Source of the DNA: Marinicella sp.
Lineage (GTDB): Bacteria > Pseudomonadota > Gammaproteobacteria > Xanthomonadales > Marinicellaceae
Length of the DNA: 64,000 nucleotides
Assembly: GCA_965230295.1 (NCBI GenBank)
Contig: OZ246001.1
Span: 1,280,001 to 1,344,000 of the forward strand
Direction: 5' to 3'
The position numbers were made by a program, and so were the translations under genes. Shown here piece by piece: positions 13,141-23,752 of the stretch (position 1 is its first letter; each line of letters begins with the position of its first letter). Below the pieces are notes generated by a model. That model saw nothing but the letters and a program-made list of their open reading frames with translations, did no database searches and had not been told where the DNA came from.

Positions 13141-13172
13141 AAAAAAGGCCACCTCATCAGGTGGCTTTTTTT
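13141..13172. terminator. Bidirectional rho-independent terminator
   Basis: A tract-GGCCACCT-CATC-AGGTGGCT-T tract between convergent genes. Confidence 0.85.
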
Positions 13173-13194
13173 ATTTGTATGTCAATTCAGACGT

Positions 13195-14061
13195 TCAGAC
13201 CCCATCTCTGAAAGGGTTACAGGCATCTTTATCACCGGTTTGTAATCCACGTTTCAGCCACTTAACCCGTTGTTCCGATGAACCGTGGGTAAAGGCTTCC
13301 ACATTGACCCGACGACCCGCTCTGGATTGAATGGTGTCATCACCAATGGAGGCTGCGGCCCTTAACCCTTCTTCGACATCGCCAGGTTCAAGCATGTTTT
13401 GTTTCTTGTTGGCATGGTGTGCCCACACACCAGCCAAACAATCGGCCTGTAACTCCATCATCACTGACAGTTGATTCACTTCAGCTTTTGAATTGGCCTC
13501 TCTTTGCCACTGTCTCACTTGTCTTTCAGTGCCTGTGATGTTTTGGATGTGGTGGCCCACCTCATGCCCAATCACATAAGCCCGAGCAAAGTCACCTGGC
13601 GCTCCCATCCGCTCCAATTGTCTGAAAAAACCCAAAGACAAATAGACTTTGCTGTCACCTGGGCAGTAAAAAGGTCCCACTGCTTCTGAATTGATACCAC
13701 ACCTGGACTGCACCTGGCCGTCGAACAACACCATAGATGGGGGTTGATACTGTTGGCCAGCTTGGCGGTAAATTTGGGTCCACATGTCCTCGGTTGAAGC
13801 AAAGATCACATTAGAAAAATCTGCTTGTTCTTTTTCAGCCGCAGATTGTTGTTTGGGGATCTGTACTTGTTGTTGGCTGCTGCCACCACCTTGCTGCATG
13901 ATATTACCTAACAAAGACAGTGGGTTTTGCCCAGTGATCACTGCAAATATCAGCGCAATGATGATCATGCCACCCGATAATTTCGCACCTCCTCGAACCA
14001 CACCACCTTTACCTCGGCGGTCTTCAACTCGAGTACTTCTTCTATGACCTTTCCAACGCAT
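13195..14061 (-). CDS. ypfJ: Neutral zinc metallopeptidase, YpfJ family
   Basis: VEDRRG start, GPFYCP, HEVGHH, ELQADCLAG, FTHGSSEQR. Confidence 0.92.
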   Translation of the reverse strand: MRWKGHRRSTRVEDRRGKGGVVRGGAKLSGGMIIIALIFAVITGQNPLSLLGNIMQQGGGSSQQQVQIPKQQSAAEKEQADFSNVIFASTEDMWTQIYRQAGQQYQPPSMVLFDGQVQSRCGINSEAVGPFYCPGDSKVYLSLGFFRQLERMGAPGDFARAYVIGHEVGHHIQNITGTERQVRQWQREANSKAEVNQLSVMMELQADCLAGVWAHHANKKQNMLEPGDVEEGLRAAASIGDDTIQSRAGRRVNVEAFTHGSSEQRVKWLKRGLQTGDKDACNPFRDGV

Positions 14062-14113
14062 ACCAAAAACCTGAAAATGAAAAGCAATTAGTATACCGTA
14101 AATTATCTGATGG

Positions 14114-15283
14114 TTATTTCACTTCATGGTTAAATTTTGTAAACGCCAGGTAAAGTGCCAACAGCGCCAATGCATATAAAGCCACTTGGTGGTTCACCAC
14201 ATCTGCCAATGTGCCACCGAAATACATCAACTTGTGCAAGGCATCCATGACCCATCCAGTGGGTAAAAACATCGCTAATTTTTGCATCCATTCCGGCGCC
14301 ACTTCGATGGGCCACCAACAACCACCCAATGCAGCCAGCAGCATAGACACAATAACCGGTATGCCATTGATTTGGCCTTCATTTTTTGCCACTGAACCCA
14401 TGAAAATTGAGAAGCCGGCACAGGCAGCAGCCCAGGCCATCAACAAAATAAATATCATCAACCAATGCTCTCCCCAATGGATACTGAACAACAATGAACC
14501 CATGATCATGCCGTAAATCAATTGACATGTGGCCAGCATCCATTTACCCAACCACTTGCCAAAAATCAATTGTTGTTGGCTGATGGGTGCTGCTGATAAC
14601 CTTTTTAAAACACCGGTTTTACGCTCTAAAAACAAGGACAATGCACCACTGGTTAAAGCAATCATCATGATGAACATCACCAAAATACCAGGAACGGCTT
14701 GCTTGAAACCGGTAGGTATTTCTTTTTGTTGGCCGGCATCATCAATGACCAAGTCGATCATTCTTGGCTGTTCATTGGCTTGGGTAAAATCCAGTTGTTG
14801 CCAATTATTGGCATCAATTTTTCTCAGGATCAACAAATCACCCAAGGTTTGATAAATTGCTTTGCTGAGCTTGAACTCATGAAAATCACCACCCATGCCA
14901 TCGGCATCAATCAGGTATTTAAGCTCCAATTGTTCTCCAGCAGCCATCTGCGCTTTTAAATTGTCAGGAACCCACAACTGGCGACTGTAATCTTCAAACT
15001 TCCATTTTTCATTGTACAAAGTCTGTTCAGGGCTGAATACCCGCAACAGGTAATCTTCAACTTCAAGCCGGTGTTGCAGTTGGATAAACACCGGATCTTC
15101 TTGATCTCCTTCATACCAGACAGCCAGCGTGCTTTTGCTGCCTGAGCCACCACTGAACCCTTGGGTGGTGGTGCCAATGAAGGCAAAAAACACCAAGGGC
15201 ATGACAAACAACCAAACCAACACCGTCTTGTCTTTCAAGGTGTAAATGAAATCTTTGTGGGCGATCAACCATATTTTTTTCAT
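14114..15283 (-). CDS. ABC-2 exporter permease
   Basis: N-terminal TM, extracytoplasmic loop, ERKTGVLKRL, GGCWWP. Confidence 0.88.
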   Translation of the reverse strand: MKKIWLIAHKDFIYTLKDKTVLVWLFVMPLVFFAFIGTTTQGFSGGSGSKSTLAVWYEGDQEDPVFIQLQHRLEVEDYLLRVFSPEQTLYNEKWKFEDYSRQLWVPDNLKAQMAAGEQLELKYLIDADGMGGDFHEFKLSKAIYQTLGDLLILRKIDANNWQQLDFTQANEQPRMIDLVIDDAGQQKEIPTGFKQAVPGILVMFIMMIALTSGALSLFLERKTGVLKRLSAAPISQQQLIFGKWLGKWMLATCQLIYGMIMGSLLFSIHWGEHWLMIFILLMAWAAACAGFSIFMGSVAKNEGQINGIPVIVSMLLAALGGCWWPIEVAPEWMQKLAMFLPTGWVMDALHKLMYFGGTLADVVNHQVALYALALLALYLAFTKFNHEVK

Positions 15284-15293
15284 CTCAGACTCC

Positions 15294-16547
15294 TTATACC
15301 TTGTAAATCAATTGTTTGATCAAGATGCGATTCAACAACCAAAATACCAACACCATGCCCAGCGCCAACAAAGCAGGTAGCAGCATTGCATCCAAAACGG
15401 GTTCTTGTCGCAACATCCAATCCTTCAAACCTTTCAATAAAAACCCATTGGGCAGGAATTGTCCCATGCCGGCCAACCAGGGTGGCATACTTTCCATAGG
15501 AAAGAAACTACCACCGAGCATCAACATTGGGAAGGTGGTGGCATTGATGGTGATGTTGGCCACTTTGGATGTGGGCATCAATAAGGCAATGACGGCAAAC
15601 AGCAAATAAATGACCACCCCGGAAAAAACCAGCCAGACCACCATCAAGGGAATTTTTGCCAGCGGTAATGCAAAATACCAACCACCCAACATCGCCAATA
15701 CCACCACAATCAGGATAAACACCCACAAAGCACCAGTCACCTGACCATTGAAATAGGCATTGAGGGCAGCAGGCGTGGAAGACAAACGGGGTATAACTCC
15801 ATTGTTGGCATCATCCCAAATGGACACTGCCAATGAATTGGCAGAAAAGATCAATGCCATAAAAATAGCCCCTGGAAACATCAACAAACCAAAAGTGATG
15901 GTTTGCTTGTCTTCTTCCTGAACCGACTCGACCACTTGTTCAACCAATTTCAACTGCGGTGGGAAGATGGTTTCTTCTAAACGTTCGATTTGTTGTTTAA
16001 TCCCTAAAGTCAAAACCACCAAATCGGCATCGTTAAATTTCTGGGTCTCCAACATAGGTTTTAGTACGGCCAACTCTTTTTCAAACACAATCTGCATGTA
16101 AGTCGCCGCATCGACCAATAGTTTCATTGAGGTCTCGACCATTTGTGGCAATATGGTCTGGGCAGGATTTTTCACCAATGTTAATTGGGTGCTTTTGTTT
16201 TCAAGAAAGGCTTCACCAAACCCTGCTTCGATTGAAATCCAGGCACTGGCTTCTCCTGCATCCATCATGGCACGACCTTCTGTTTCTTTCACTTGTTCTA
16301 AAGTAAAAATTTCTGCCAACGGTCCCTGGGTAAACCCGCCGGCCAGAAATTGTGAAACAACAGATTGGTCATGATCAGTGATTAATAAGCGACCCGTGAG
16401 TTTTCCACTGCCAGTCCCTGCAATCAAGCTCATCAAAAACACGATAATGATGGGTATGGCCAACCATGAAATCAGTCCCCATTTTTCTCTAATAACGCGC
16501 TTTACGCGGATGTTGGCTACGGTTATGGGCATGTTGTTAGCGCTCAT
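15294..16547 (-). CDS. ABC-2 exporter permease
   Basis: Same topology, LGGSFFPMESMP. Confidence 0.85.
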   Translation of the reverse strand: MSANNMPITVANIRVKRVIREKWGLISWLAIPIIIVFLMSLIAGTGSGKLTGRLLITDHDQSVVSQFLAGGFTQGPLAEIFTLEQVKETEGRAMMDAGEASAWISIEAGFGEAFLENKSTQLTLVKNPAQTILPQMVETSMKLLVDAATYMQIVFEKELAVLKPMLETQKFNDADLVVLTLGIKQQIERLEETIFPPQLKLVEQVVESVQEEDKQTITFGLLMFPGAIFMALIFSANSLAVSIWDDANNGVIPRLSSTPAALNAYFNGQVTGALWVFILIVVVLAMLGGWYFALPLAKIPLMVVWLVFSGVVIYLLFAVIALLMPTSKVANITINATTFPMLMLGGSFFPMESMPPWLAGMGQFLPNGFLLKGLKDWMLRQEPVLDAMLLPALLALGMVLVFWLLNRILIKQLIYKV

Positions 16548-16549
16548 GT

Positions 16550-17473
16550 TCAGTCCCTCAGCTCGCGTCCAGTCAGCTTAATAAAGAGGCTTTCCAAATT
16601 GGCTTGTTGTACCGCTGTTTGCTTAACTTGCCCGGCGTCAAACTGAGCCAAGATGTTGGATAATTGAGCAGCTGCCTGGTCTGCCATAAAACGTATGGTT
16701 TGATCGTGCCATTCAATCAATTCAAATCCCTCAACCACATTCTCCAGCATTGATTGGTTGGCCTGATTGAATTCACCTTGCAATGTGATCAAGTCCTTTT
16801 CACCCATTTGGCTTCGCAATTCATCAACGGTACCTACAGCAATGATTTTTCCATGGTCAATGATGCCAATGCTATCACAGACCCTTTCAGCCTCCTCCAT
16901 ATAATGGGTGGTATACAGCACCGCAGTCCCCTGTGCTTTCAAATTTTCAACAGCCACCAATAAATGCTCTCTGGATTGCGGATCTACCCCTACAGTTGGC
17001 TCGTCCAACAGCAGGGCTTTGGGTTCATGCAAGATGGCACAAGCGAAATTCAACCGCCGTTTCATGCCGCCAGAATAGGTGTTAACCAAATCTTTGGCAC
17101 GTGATTCCAAACCCACTTGCTGCAGCACCGTTTTGATGCGCTGCTGCAATTGGTTGCCAGATAAGCCATAAGCCTGACCCCAAAAGTTTAGATTTTCCTG
17201 ACCATTCAGGTCTTCATACAAAGCCAAATCCTGTGGCACCAAGCCCAAAGAGGCTTTGGCCTTAATGGCCTCCCCAAGGACTGAATAGTCGTTGATATAA
17301 ACTGAGCCTTCGGTGGGTTGCAACAAACCGGAAATACAATTAATGGTGGTTGATTTACCAGCCCCATTGGGGCCTAATAGGCCAAATATTTCTCCTGTAT
17401 TTACCGCAAAGTTGATGTCCTCGGCAGCCGTGATTTGGCCGTAATTCTTGGTCAATGCTTCAATCTTTATCAT
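16550..17473 (-). CDS. ABC exporter ATP-binding protein
   Basis: GPNGAGKST, YSGGMKRR, LLLDEPT. Confidence 0.95.
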   Translation of the reverse strand: MIKIEALTKNYGQITAAEDINFAVNTGEIFGLLGPNGAGKSTTINCISGLLQPTEGSVYINDYSVLGEAIKAKASLGLVPQDLALYEDLNGQENLNFWGQAYGLSGNQLQQRIKTVLQQVGLESRAKDLVNTYSGGMKRRLNFACAILHEPKALLLDEPTVGVDPQSREHLLVAVENLKAQGTAVLYTTHYMEEAERVCDSIGIIDHGKIIAVGTVDELRSQMGEKDLITLQGEFNQANQSMLENVVEGFELIEWHDQTIRFMADQAAAQLSNILAQFDAGQVKQTAVQQANLESLFIKLTGRELRD

Positions 17474-17708
17474 TGTTTGGTTCCATAAATTGAATTGATA
17501 TCTGGTGTCTTTCGATGAATGTTCTGCTTAATATAGCTCATTTTATTTTGTCATGATGTACCACAATTGCGAACCAGGCATTGATAGATATCGTCAGTCT
17601 GTGTGGTTCAACAGCCAGCAACGCAACATTCCATGAGGGCCATAACTATTAACTATCATACCATCAAAATGTTACAATGCTGTGCGTCTATTAATTGAGT
17701 TTTATGCG

Positions 17709-17999
17709 GTGAAATGGCTGAATATCATACTGGCTGTCCTGATTCTGTGGGCTTTGTTTCAACAGCAGTTTGGTGATGGTGGTCGCAAAGAACTCAAAGA
17801 GAAACAAATACTCTTGAACCAACAACAAGCAGAAATTGAGTCCCTCAAGCTTCGCAACGAACAACTGGCTGCTGAAGTCAACAGTTTAAAAACTGGTTTA
17901 GATGCCATTGAAGAACGGGCTCGTGCCGAATTGGGCATGATCAAAGAAGACGAAACTTTCATACAAGTGATCAACCAACCAGAAAGCGATGACAACTGA
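17709..17999 (+). CDS. ftsB: Cell division protein FtsB
   Basis: TM plus coiled coil, IEERARAELGMIK, upstream of ispD; start 17709 or 17682. Confidence 0.92.
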   Translation: MKWLNIILAVLILWALFQQQFGDGGRKELKEKQILLNQQQAEIESLKLRNEQLAAEVNSLKTGLDAIEERARAELGMIKEDETFIQVINQPESDDN

Positions 18000-18741
18000 T
18001 ATAACGCAAACCATTCATATCATCATTGCCGCTGCCGGCATTGGTAGCCGTTTTCAACAAACCCAAAGTGATCATTTCAAACAGAGCACCCCCAAGCAGT
18101 ATGAACTCATAGGCTCATTACCGGTGCTGGCTCACAGCATTCAAGCATTTGACGACATCCAGGTAGCAGGCGCCCTGGTGGCTGGTATCACTGTGGTGCT
18201 ACACCCGGAAGACCGACACTGGCAACAATTGGCTGAAATTCAGAGTAAACATGCCATCAGCACAGTCAATGGCGGCACACAAAGACATGACTCAGTACGC
18301 AATGGCATCAGGTCATTACAGGCACAATACCCAAATTGGGCCAATGACTGGGTTATGGTCCATGATGCAGCCAGACCATGTGTGACCACCGCTGAAATCA
18401 ACGACCTCATGGCAGCCTGCATTGAACAACACAAGGGTGGCTTATTGGTTAAACCCATGAGTGACACCATCAAAACATCAATGAATGGAGAGACGGTTAA
18501 AAAAACCATTGACCGCAGTCAATTGTATGCAGCACTGACTCCACAAATGTTTAAGTGCGGCGACTTGCTCAAAGCCTTAACTGTTTTTGAAGCTGACAGC
18601 ATCACCGATGAATCTTCTGCGATTGAGGCACAAGGTCAAAACCCCATCATGGTCACTGGCAAAAACACCAACATTAAAATCACCCAATACGATGATTTGA
18701 TGTTGGCCAAAACGATTTTAGAACAACAAGGGAGGCTTTGA
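17989..18741 (+). CDS. ispD: 2-C-methyl-D-erythritol 4-phosphate cytidylyltransferase
   Basis: AAGIGSR, PKQY, VHDAARP, TPQMF, NIKIT. Confidence 0.95.
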   Translation: MTTDITQTIHIIIAAAGIGSRFQQTQSDHFKQSTPKQYELIGSLPVLAHSIQAFDDIQVAGALVAGITVVLHPEDRHWQQLAEIQSKHAISTVNGGTQRHDSVRNGIRSLQAQYPNWANDWVMVHDAARPCVTTAEINDLMAACIEQHKGGLLVKPMSDTIKTSMNGETVKKTIDRSQLYAALTPQMFKCGDLLKALTVFEADSITDESSAIEAQGQNPIMVTGKNTNIKITQYDDLMLAKTILEQQGRL

Positions 18742-19214
18742 TGCGGATTGGAACCGGTTTTGATGTTCACGCTTTTGGTCCAGGTTCATTCCTGACCCTG
18801 GGTAACGTGAAGATACCCTATGAACATGGGTTTGTGGCTCACTCAGACGGTGATGTATTGATCCATGCCATTTGTGATGCCCTTTTGGGTGCTTGTGCCC
18901 TGGGTGACATTGGACAACACTTTCCACCTTCTGATCCACAATGGCAAGACTGTGACAGCACTGTCTTCCTGAATCATTGCCAACAATTGGTTCAACAACA
19001 AGGTTACCTAATCGGCAACATCGATTGCACGATCATTGCCGAGCAGCCCAAAATGCAGCCACACATCCCAGCCATCAGATCAAGACTGGCTGAGTTGCTT
19101 AAGGTTGAACTGAATCAAGTCAGCGTCAAAGCCACCACCACTGAACGCCTGGGGTTCACAGGCCGCCGAGAGGGGGTAGCCGTTCAAACCGTTTGTTTGT
19201 TACTCGAAAGATGA
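18738..19214 (+). CDS. ispF: MEcPP synthase
   Basis: [25 protein letters not shown]. Confidence 0.97.
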   Translation: MMRIGTGFDVHAFGPGSFLTLGNVKIPYEHGFVAHSDGDVLIHAICDALLGACALGDIGQHFPPSDPQWQDCDSTVFLNHCQQLVQQQGYLIGNIDCTIIAEQPKMQPHIPAIRSRLAELLKVELNQVSVKATTTERLGFTGRREGVAVQTVCLLLER

Positions 19215-20045
19215 TTTATAGATGGTATCAAACCGGTATTGGAAATAATTCTCATAGGTATTTTGTACCAACACATCATAACCCTCAGCGGTCAAATGAA
19301 AACAATCAGTGACGATGCCAAAATTCAAACGCATGGATTCTACCGGGCTCGGTAGTGTCATGTCACCAGGCGGCTGTAGATCTCCTGGCTGAATATTTTG
19401 GTCAGGAAACCCATATAGATTTTGCATCAAGCCAAAATGACTGACATGAGAAACCCTGGGGTTGTTGGTGGCTACTGAGGTAAACGCCTGTTCAAACGAG
19501 GCTCCAATGTTATTCAACTCCAGCGGCGTTGGTTGCCCCAGACTGTTGTGTAAATTGACACAGAAAAAACTACCAGGCCCGGTCAACGAATCAACAAAAT
19601 TGGCATAATCATAAAAACTTAATATGACTTCTATTTTTATGTCATGGCTCAAAATGTGGTCCACCACCAACTGTAAATCTGCGGTGATTTGATTTTGTAA
19701 ATCCGTCACTTGCATGGGTGTCATAGATGTGTCCCATTGATCCAATACATCATTACCGCCTAAAGTCAGTTGTACGGTATCTATATCTGGATTGGCATTC
19801 AGCGCATCGGTAATTTTCTGCAACTCTGAAGGGGCCACCCATTCTGCAGCCGTAGAACCACTGATGGCAACAGTGTCTCCTTCACTGATGTATTGGGGAT
19901 AACCATTGACGGCAAAAACGGCATCGTGAACACCATCTTCCCATTGTTGCTCCGCCCAACTGTCTCCAACTATCAGTACCCGGGTGGTTTGTGCCGCACA
20001 AGCCAATGACATCAGCATCAAGATGATGATAAAAATCTTTTTCAT
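19200..20045 (-). CDS. Secreted SGNH/GDSL hydrolase with C-terminal DTIYKSSFE tail
   Basis: Signal peptide, GDSW, GGND, DCFH catalytic blocks. Confidence 0.85.
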   Translation of the reverse strand: MKKIFIIILMLMSLACAAQTTRVLIVGDSWAEQQWEDGVHDAVFAVNGYPQYISEGDTVAISGSTAAEWVAPSELQKITDALNANPDIDTVQLTLGGNDVLDQWDTSMTPMQVTDLQNQITADLQLVVDHILSHDIKIEVILSFYDYANFVDSLTGPGSFFCVNLHNSLGQPTPLELNNIGASFEQAFTSVATNNPRVSHVSHFGLMQNLYGFPDQNIQPGDLQPPGDMTLPSPVESMRLNFGIVTDCFHLTAEGYDVLVQNTYENYFQYRFDTIYKSSFE

Positions 20046-20144
20046 TCTAGAATTCTCTCTCTTTAAGGTGCAGTGGATTGATTAACTGTTACAATGTCAT
20101 TTAAAAAATAATCCAATGGTGTCAGCCTACTCAATCTCATTATT

Positions 20145-20528
20145 ATGTATCCCATTGTAAAACATTTCCATGTCATTTTGGTCATAACCAGCATCACATT
20201 GTTTCAGTATCGGTATTGGATCTATCAGGTCAAGAAGCGCAATACACCGAAAGCCATGAAAATACTGCCACATTGTATGGATACTTTGTTGCTGATTTCC
20301 GGCATCACCATGGCGGTATGGATAGGACTCTCGCCACTACAAGTGGACTGGCTGTTATACAAATTGCTGGCCTTACTGGTTTATATTATTTTTGGTATGC
20401 TGGCGATGAAAAAAACCGCAATGGCCCAATGGCTCAGTTATGTTGCGGCCACCTTGGCGGTGGTTTATATGATCCTGGTTGCCACCCAAAAATCAGCTTG
20501 GCCCAATATCCAGCCATATTTCTCATGA
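20145..20528 (+). CDS. SirB2-family membrane protein
   Basis: KHFH, LPHCMDTLLLISG, WLLYKL, four TM segments. Confidence 0.85.
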   Translation: MYPIVKHFHVILVITSITLFQYRYWIYQVKKRNTPKAMKILPHCMDTLLLISGITMAVWIGLSPLQVDWLLYKLLALLVYIIFGMLAMKKTAMAQWLSYVAATLAVVYMILVATQKSAWPNIQPYFS

Positions 20529-21070
20529 CTGCCTATAAAAAACACAACTACTTCTTGGGCATTGGTAGCAACATCAACCGAATTAAAAACATCAACTCAT
20601 GCCTGGCATTTATCACCCATTCATTTTCCAACACCCATATTTCACCCACATACCAGTCACCTTCATACGGCTTCAAAGGGCATGATTTCTATAATTTAGT
20701 GGTCAAGATTGAAACGGTATTCCAACCTCATGAACTCAAGTTATGGCTACAAAACCTGGAAGACTTCCATGGACGAGACCGGCACAAACCAAGGTATTCA
20801 AACCGAACCTTAGACATTGATCTCTTGTTGTGTGATGACCTGATCATCGATGATGCCTTAGTGCAGATTCCGAGGCGTGAAATCCTGAAACGAAAATACG
20901 TGTTGAAGCCATTACAGGACCTGGCCCCCAATTTGATTCATCCGGTGGCACAAAAAAGGCTTGCTGTATTATGGCAAGCCTTGGATGCTGTTGATAACAG
21001 TGAGTTGTTACATGTCAACGATGTCGTCACCGATGATTTCGCCCACCTGAGCACTGTCAGCAATGTATAA
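20525..21070 (+). CDS. folK: HPPK (dihydropteridine pyrophosphokinase)
   Basis: LGIGSN, RTLDIDLL, VLKPL; ATG 20525 overlaps the upstream stop (ATGA). Confidence 0.9.
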   Translation: MTAYKKHNYFLGIGSNINRIKNINSCLAFITHSFSNTHISPTYQSPSYGFKGHDFYNLVVKIETVFQPHELKLWLQNLEDFHGRDRHKPRYSNRTLDIDLLLCDDLIIDDALVQIPRREILKRKYVLKPLQDLAPNLIHPVAQKRLAVLWQALDAVDNSELLHVNDVVTDDFAHLSTVSNV

Positions 21071-21676
21071 CTTAACTTTCTTTTTGAAAATCAAGTCACC
21101 TTTCACCACCACATCATCACCGATATAAACTTCGGGTACTTTTTTGTTGCTGTTGAACCAACCAGAAGACTTTTCAATCACCACATCGCCATCGACCACG
21201 GTACCTTCATCTAACTTGATGTTGCCATTGACGGTTTCAACATTGCCATCGACTTCAGTGCCTATGGCAGTGATTTTTCCGTTCACGGTTTCCATGCGGT
21301 CTTCAATCACACATCCCGAACCCGCACTGACTGAGCCATTGACTGTTTCTGCATGACCTTTGATCAAACAATCGGACCCTAAAGTGATTGAACCATTGAC
21401 CGTTTCAGCATGGTCTGCCGTGACACCATCTTTGAATTTGATGCTGCCATTGACCGTTTCTACTTTACCTACAATGGCGCGCTCGCCCACTTTGATAGAA
21501 CCATTGACTGTATCTAAATTATCCACATGGGATTTATCACCCACGGTGATACTGCCATTGACCGAATCGTAATCTTTTTCAGGGGAATTGGTGCCTGCCG
21601 CCACTTTTTCACTACCAAACACGCCGGCTTGAACCGTAAAAGCCACCGCCAATAAGAGAACCAAAATGTATTTCAT
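21008..21676 (-). CDS. Secreted beta-solenoid repeat protein (DUF4097/adhesin-like)
   Basis: Signal peptide and about seven [ED]-[TS]-VNG-x-[IV] repeats. Confidence 0.78.
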   Translation of the reverse strand: MKYILVLLLAVAFTVQAGVFGSEKVAAGTNSPEKDYDSVNGSITVGDKSHVDNLDTVNGSIKVGERAIVGKVETVNGSIKFKDGVTADHAETVNGSITLGSDCLIKGHAETVNGSVSAGSGCVIEDRMETVNGKITAIGTEVDGNVETVNGNIKLDEGTVVDGDVVIEKSSGWFNSNKKVPEVYIGDDVVVKGDLIFKKKVKLYIADSAQVGEIIGDDIVDM

Positions 21677-21742
21677 GTTAAACCTCGTTTCATTGAATTA
21701 TGTGGGTAAAACGGCCAATGAGCCAAAATGTTACGCTTAATT

Positions 21743-22294
21743 TCAATGTTTTGCTCTGAATACCGATATTTTATAGGCACCGGGCGCTAAATCAGCCAGT
21801 TTTACACTGCCAATTTGGGTCCTAACCAAACGCAAAACAGGCAAACCAACCGCTGCACACATGCGCCTGACTTGTCGATTTTTGCCCTGATTAATGACCA
21901 ACATCAGCCAAGTGGTTGGGCTGTTTTTCCTGTGCCTTATCGGTGGGTTTCTAGGCCACAACCAAGCCGGCTTTTTAGCCAAAATTTCAATTGTTAACAC
22001 CCGTGCCGTGTAATCTTTGACTTTAACACCGTTCCTCAGTTGATTCAAATGCCTGGCTTGTGCCCGACCTTCAACTTGTACCAAATATGTTTTTTCAACT
22101 TGTTCGCTGGTGATTGTGTGCTGCGTAGGGCCATGGTTGGTTAACACCATCAAGCCTTCAGAATCATAGTCCAGTCGACCAGCCGCATAATACCCTGGCT
22201 GATCGATGTAATGACCCAAATGCCGCCTGCCGTCAGTGTCGGTGAATTGAGACAGCACCTGAAACGGTTTGTTGAATATAAGGATGTCAGCCAA
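21743..22294 (-). CDS. rluE: rRNA pseudouridine synthase, RluE-like
   Basis: FNKPFQVLSQF, GRLDYDSEGL, RNPPIR, GKNRQVRRM. Confidence 0.88.
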   Translation of the reverse strand: MADILIFNKPFQVLSQFTDTDGRRHLGHYIDQPGYYAAGRLDYDSEGLMVLTNHGPTQHTITSEQVEKTYLVQVEGRAQARHLNQLRNGVKVKDYTARVLTIEILAKKPAWLWPRNPPIRHRKNSPTTWLMLVINQGKNRQVRRMCAAVGLPVLRLVRTQIGSVKLADLAPGAYKISVFRAKH

Positions 22295-22586
22295 AATTAT
22301 TTACTCGGAATTTGATCCAACAATTGTAACAAATGTAAGCGTATGGATGCTTACTCTGATTGGATTCAGAATCCTGAGCTAACACGTATCTATCATCGCT
22401 CAAGGATTGGCGTTTTTCACGATGGCACCAGAAGCTGATCGTGATCAAACAGGTTCAAATGCTGGTCGCTCCGAGTGTTTGAACATTCGGTTGTGGTGGC
22501 TGTCAGCGGATGGAAAGTTCAACTGGATAAAATCTCTGGACAAGAGCTTGATGATGAATATTTCCATCGATTCGAATTCAAAATCA

Positions 22587-22605
22587 GCCAATAATAATCA
22601 TTTTT
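22587..22605. promoter_or_regulatory. Candidate Fur box upstream of tonB
   Basis: GCCAATAATAATCATTTTT matches GATAATGATAATCATTATC at 14 of 19 positions. Confidence 0.4.
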
Positions 22606-22740
22606 TTCTCCGCCTTAAACCCATTAAACACAAGGGTTTTGTGCTTATTTACAAAATTTTCAGTTATTTTTATTGAACCATCCTTATAGGCCAAAAGTCA
22701 TACTTTTTACAATAACAACAAAAAACCAAGGAGAAGTGAC

Positions 22741-23373
22741 ATGAAAGTATTCTTACGATTTTCAATATCTGGATTGTTGGGTTTGGCCATCACGGCCTGC
22801 TTATTTTTTGGCATGTTGAGTTTGTTAAGCGGTCAAAAACAACAGCTTAAATCCGAAGACAACAGCATCAATTTTTCATTTGTCAAAGATTACAAGGAAG
22901 CAGAAATTAAACCAAACAAAACCATCATCAAACCAGAACAACAGGCCGTGTCTCAAGCACCGGCCATGCCCAGCATGAACTTGGACACGCCCACCGATCC
23001 AGGCATTAACCTACCCATGCCCAACACCCAGGGGAAAGATTTCAACATCCTTACAGAAATTGATTTTCCTGGCTTGGCTGGTGGCACAGGATTAAGCGGG
23101 GACCAAAACGGTGGCCTGAAATCTGGCATGGCTCCCATGTACCCGCCTAATGAGCAAATGAAAAAAACACAGGGCTGGGTTAAGGTCTTGATCAACGTCA
23201 ACGAGTTTGGTCGCGTCGGTTCTGTTTCGGTATTAAAAGCCAAACCAGCCAGGGTTTTTAATGCAGCCACCATCAAAGCCGTTAAGAAATGGCAATTCCA
23301 CCCCAAAGTGGTGGATGGTAAAGCAGTGCCCTATCAAGTGACCCAAACGGTTGAATTTAAAATTGATCATTAA
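22741..23373 (+). CDS. tonB: TonB-family energy transducer (stand-alone)
   Basis: N-terminal TM, Pro-rich linker, PMYP...GWVKV...AVKKWQFHP TonB_C domain. Confidence 0.88.
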   Translation: MKVFLRFSISGLLGLAITACLFFGMLSLLSGQKQQLKSEDNSINFSFVKDYKEAEIKPNKTIIKPEQQAVSQAPAMPSMNLDTPTDPGINLPMPNTQGKDFNILTEIDFPGLAGGTGLSGDQNGGLKSGMAPMYPPNEQMKKTQGWVKVLINVNEFGRVGSVSVLKAKPARVFNAATIKAVKKWQFHPKVVDGKAVPYQVTQTVEFKIDH

Positions 23374-23430
23374 ACACGGAGTTCAACAATGGATGGATCC
23401 ATTGCAGGAAGGAATCATGACATGGACGTC
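23373..23430 (+). ncRNA. Candidate CsrA/RsmA-binding RNA element
   Basis: Six GGA motifs in about 55 nt, three in hairpin loops. Confidence 0.5.
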
Positions 23431-23444
23431 TACTTCTTCAAGAG

Positions 23445-23681
23445 TTAAGATACCCAACAAAACGGCAACAATAACAACAGCAGGAGGGGCAATAAAAGGA
23501 TCTTAAACACCAGCAAAAAAGCGCCGCCAACAAAGAACAGCACAAACATACCGATCGACATAATGATACCTAACACCAAAATGATGGGGCTGAACAACAC
23601 CACAAAAACCCAAAACATGATTTTGAGTAATACCAACAATATCAATATGCCTACAAATGCTTCAATCATCTCCTTCACCAT
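23445..23681 (-). CDS. Small, very hydrophobic membrane protein
   Basis: 78 aa, almost entirely aliphatic or aromatic; AAGGAG before the second Met. Confidence 0.65.
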   Translation of the reverse strand: MVKEMIEAFVGILILLVLLKIMFWVFVVLFSPIILVLGIIMSIGMFVLFFVGGAFLLVFKILLLPLLLLLLLPFCWVS

Positions 23682-23752
23682 TCATCGTTCATGAATACCA
23701 TGAACTCAATATTAAAATAGCAAAAATGACAAAAAAAAGGCAGTGCCGAAAG

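Noticed and set aside
20216-20524. N-terminal extension of FolK in the ORF track
   Set aside because: It overlaps the SirB2 gene in another frame; the ATGA-coupled start at 20525 fits better.
22343-22676. 89-aa ORF, and a frame MDAYSDW... broken by TGA-TCG-TGA (pseudogene or selenoprotein idea)
   Set aside because: No RBS, recognisable homology or SECIS-like hairpin seen; the region is better explained as divergent promoters.
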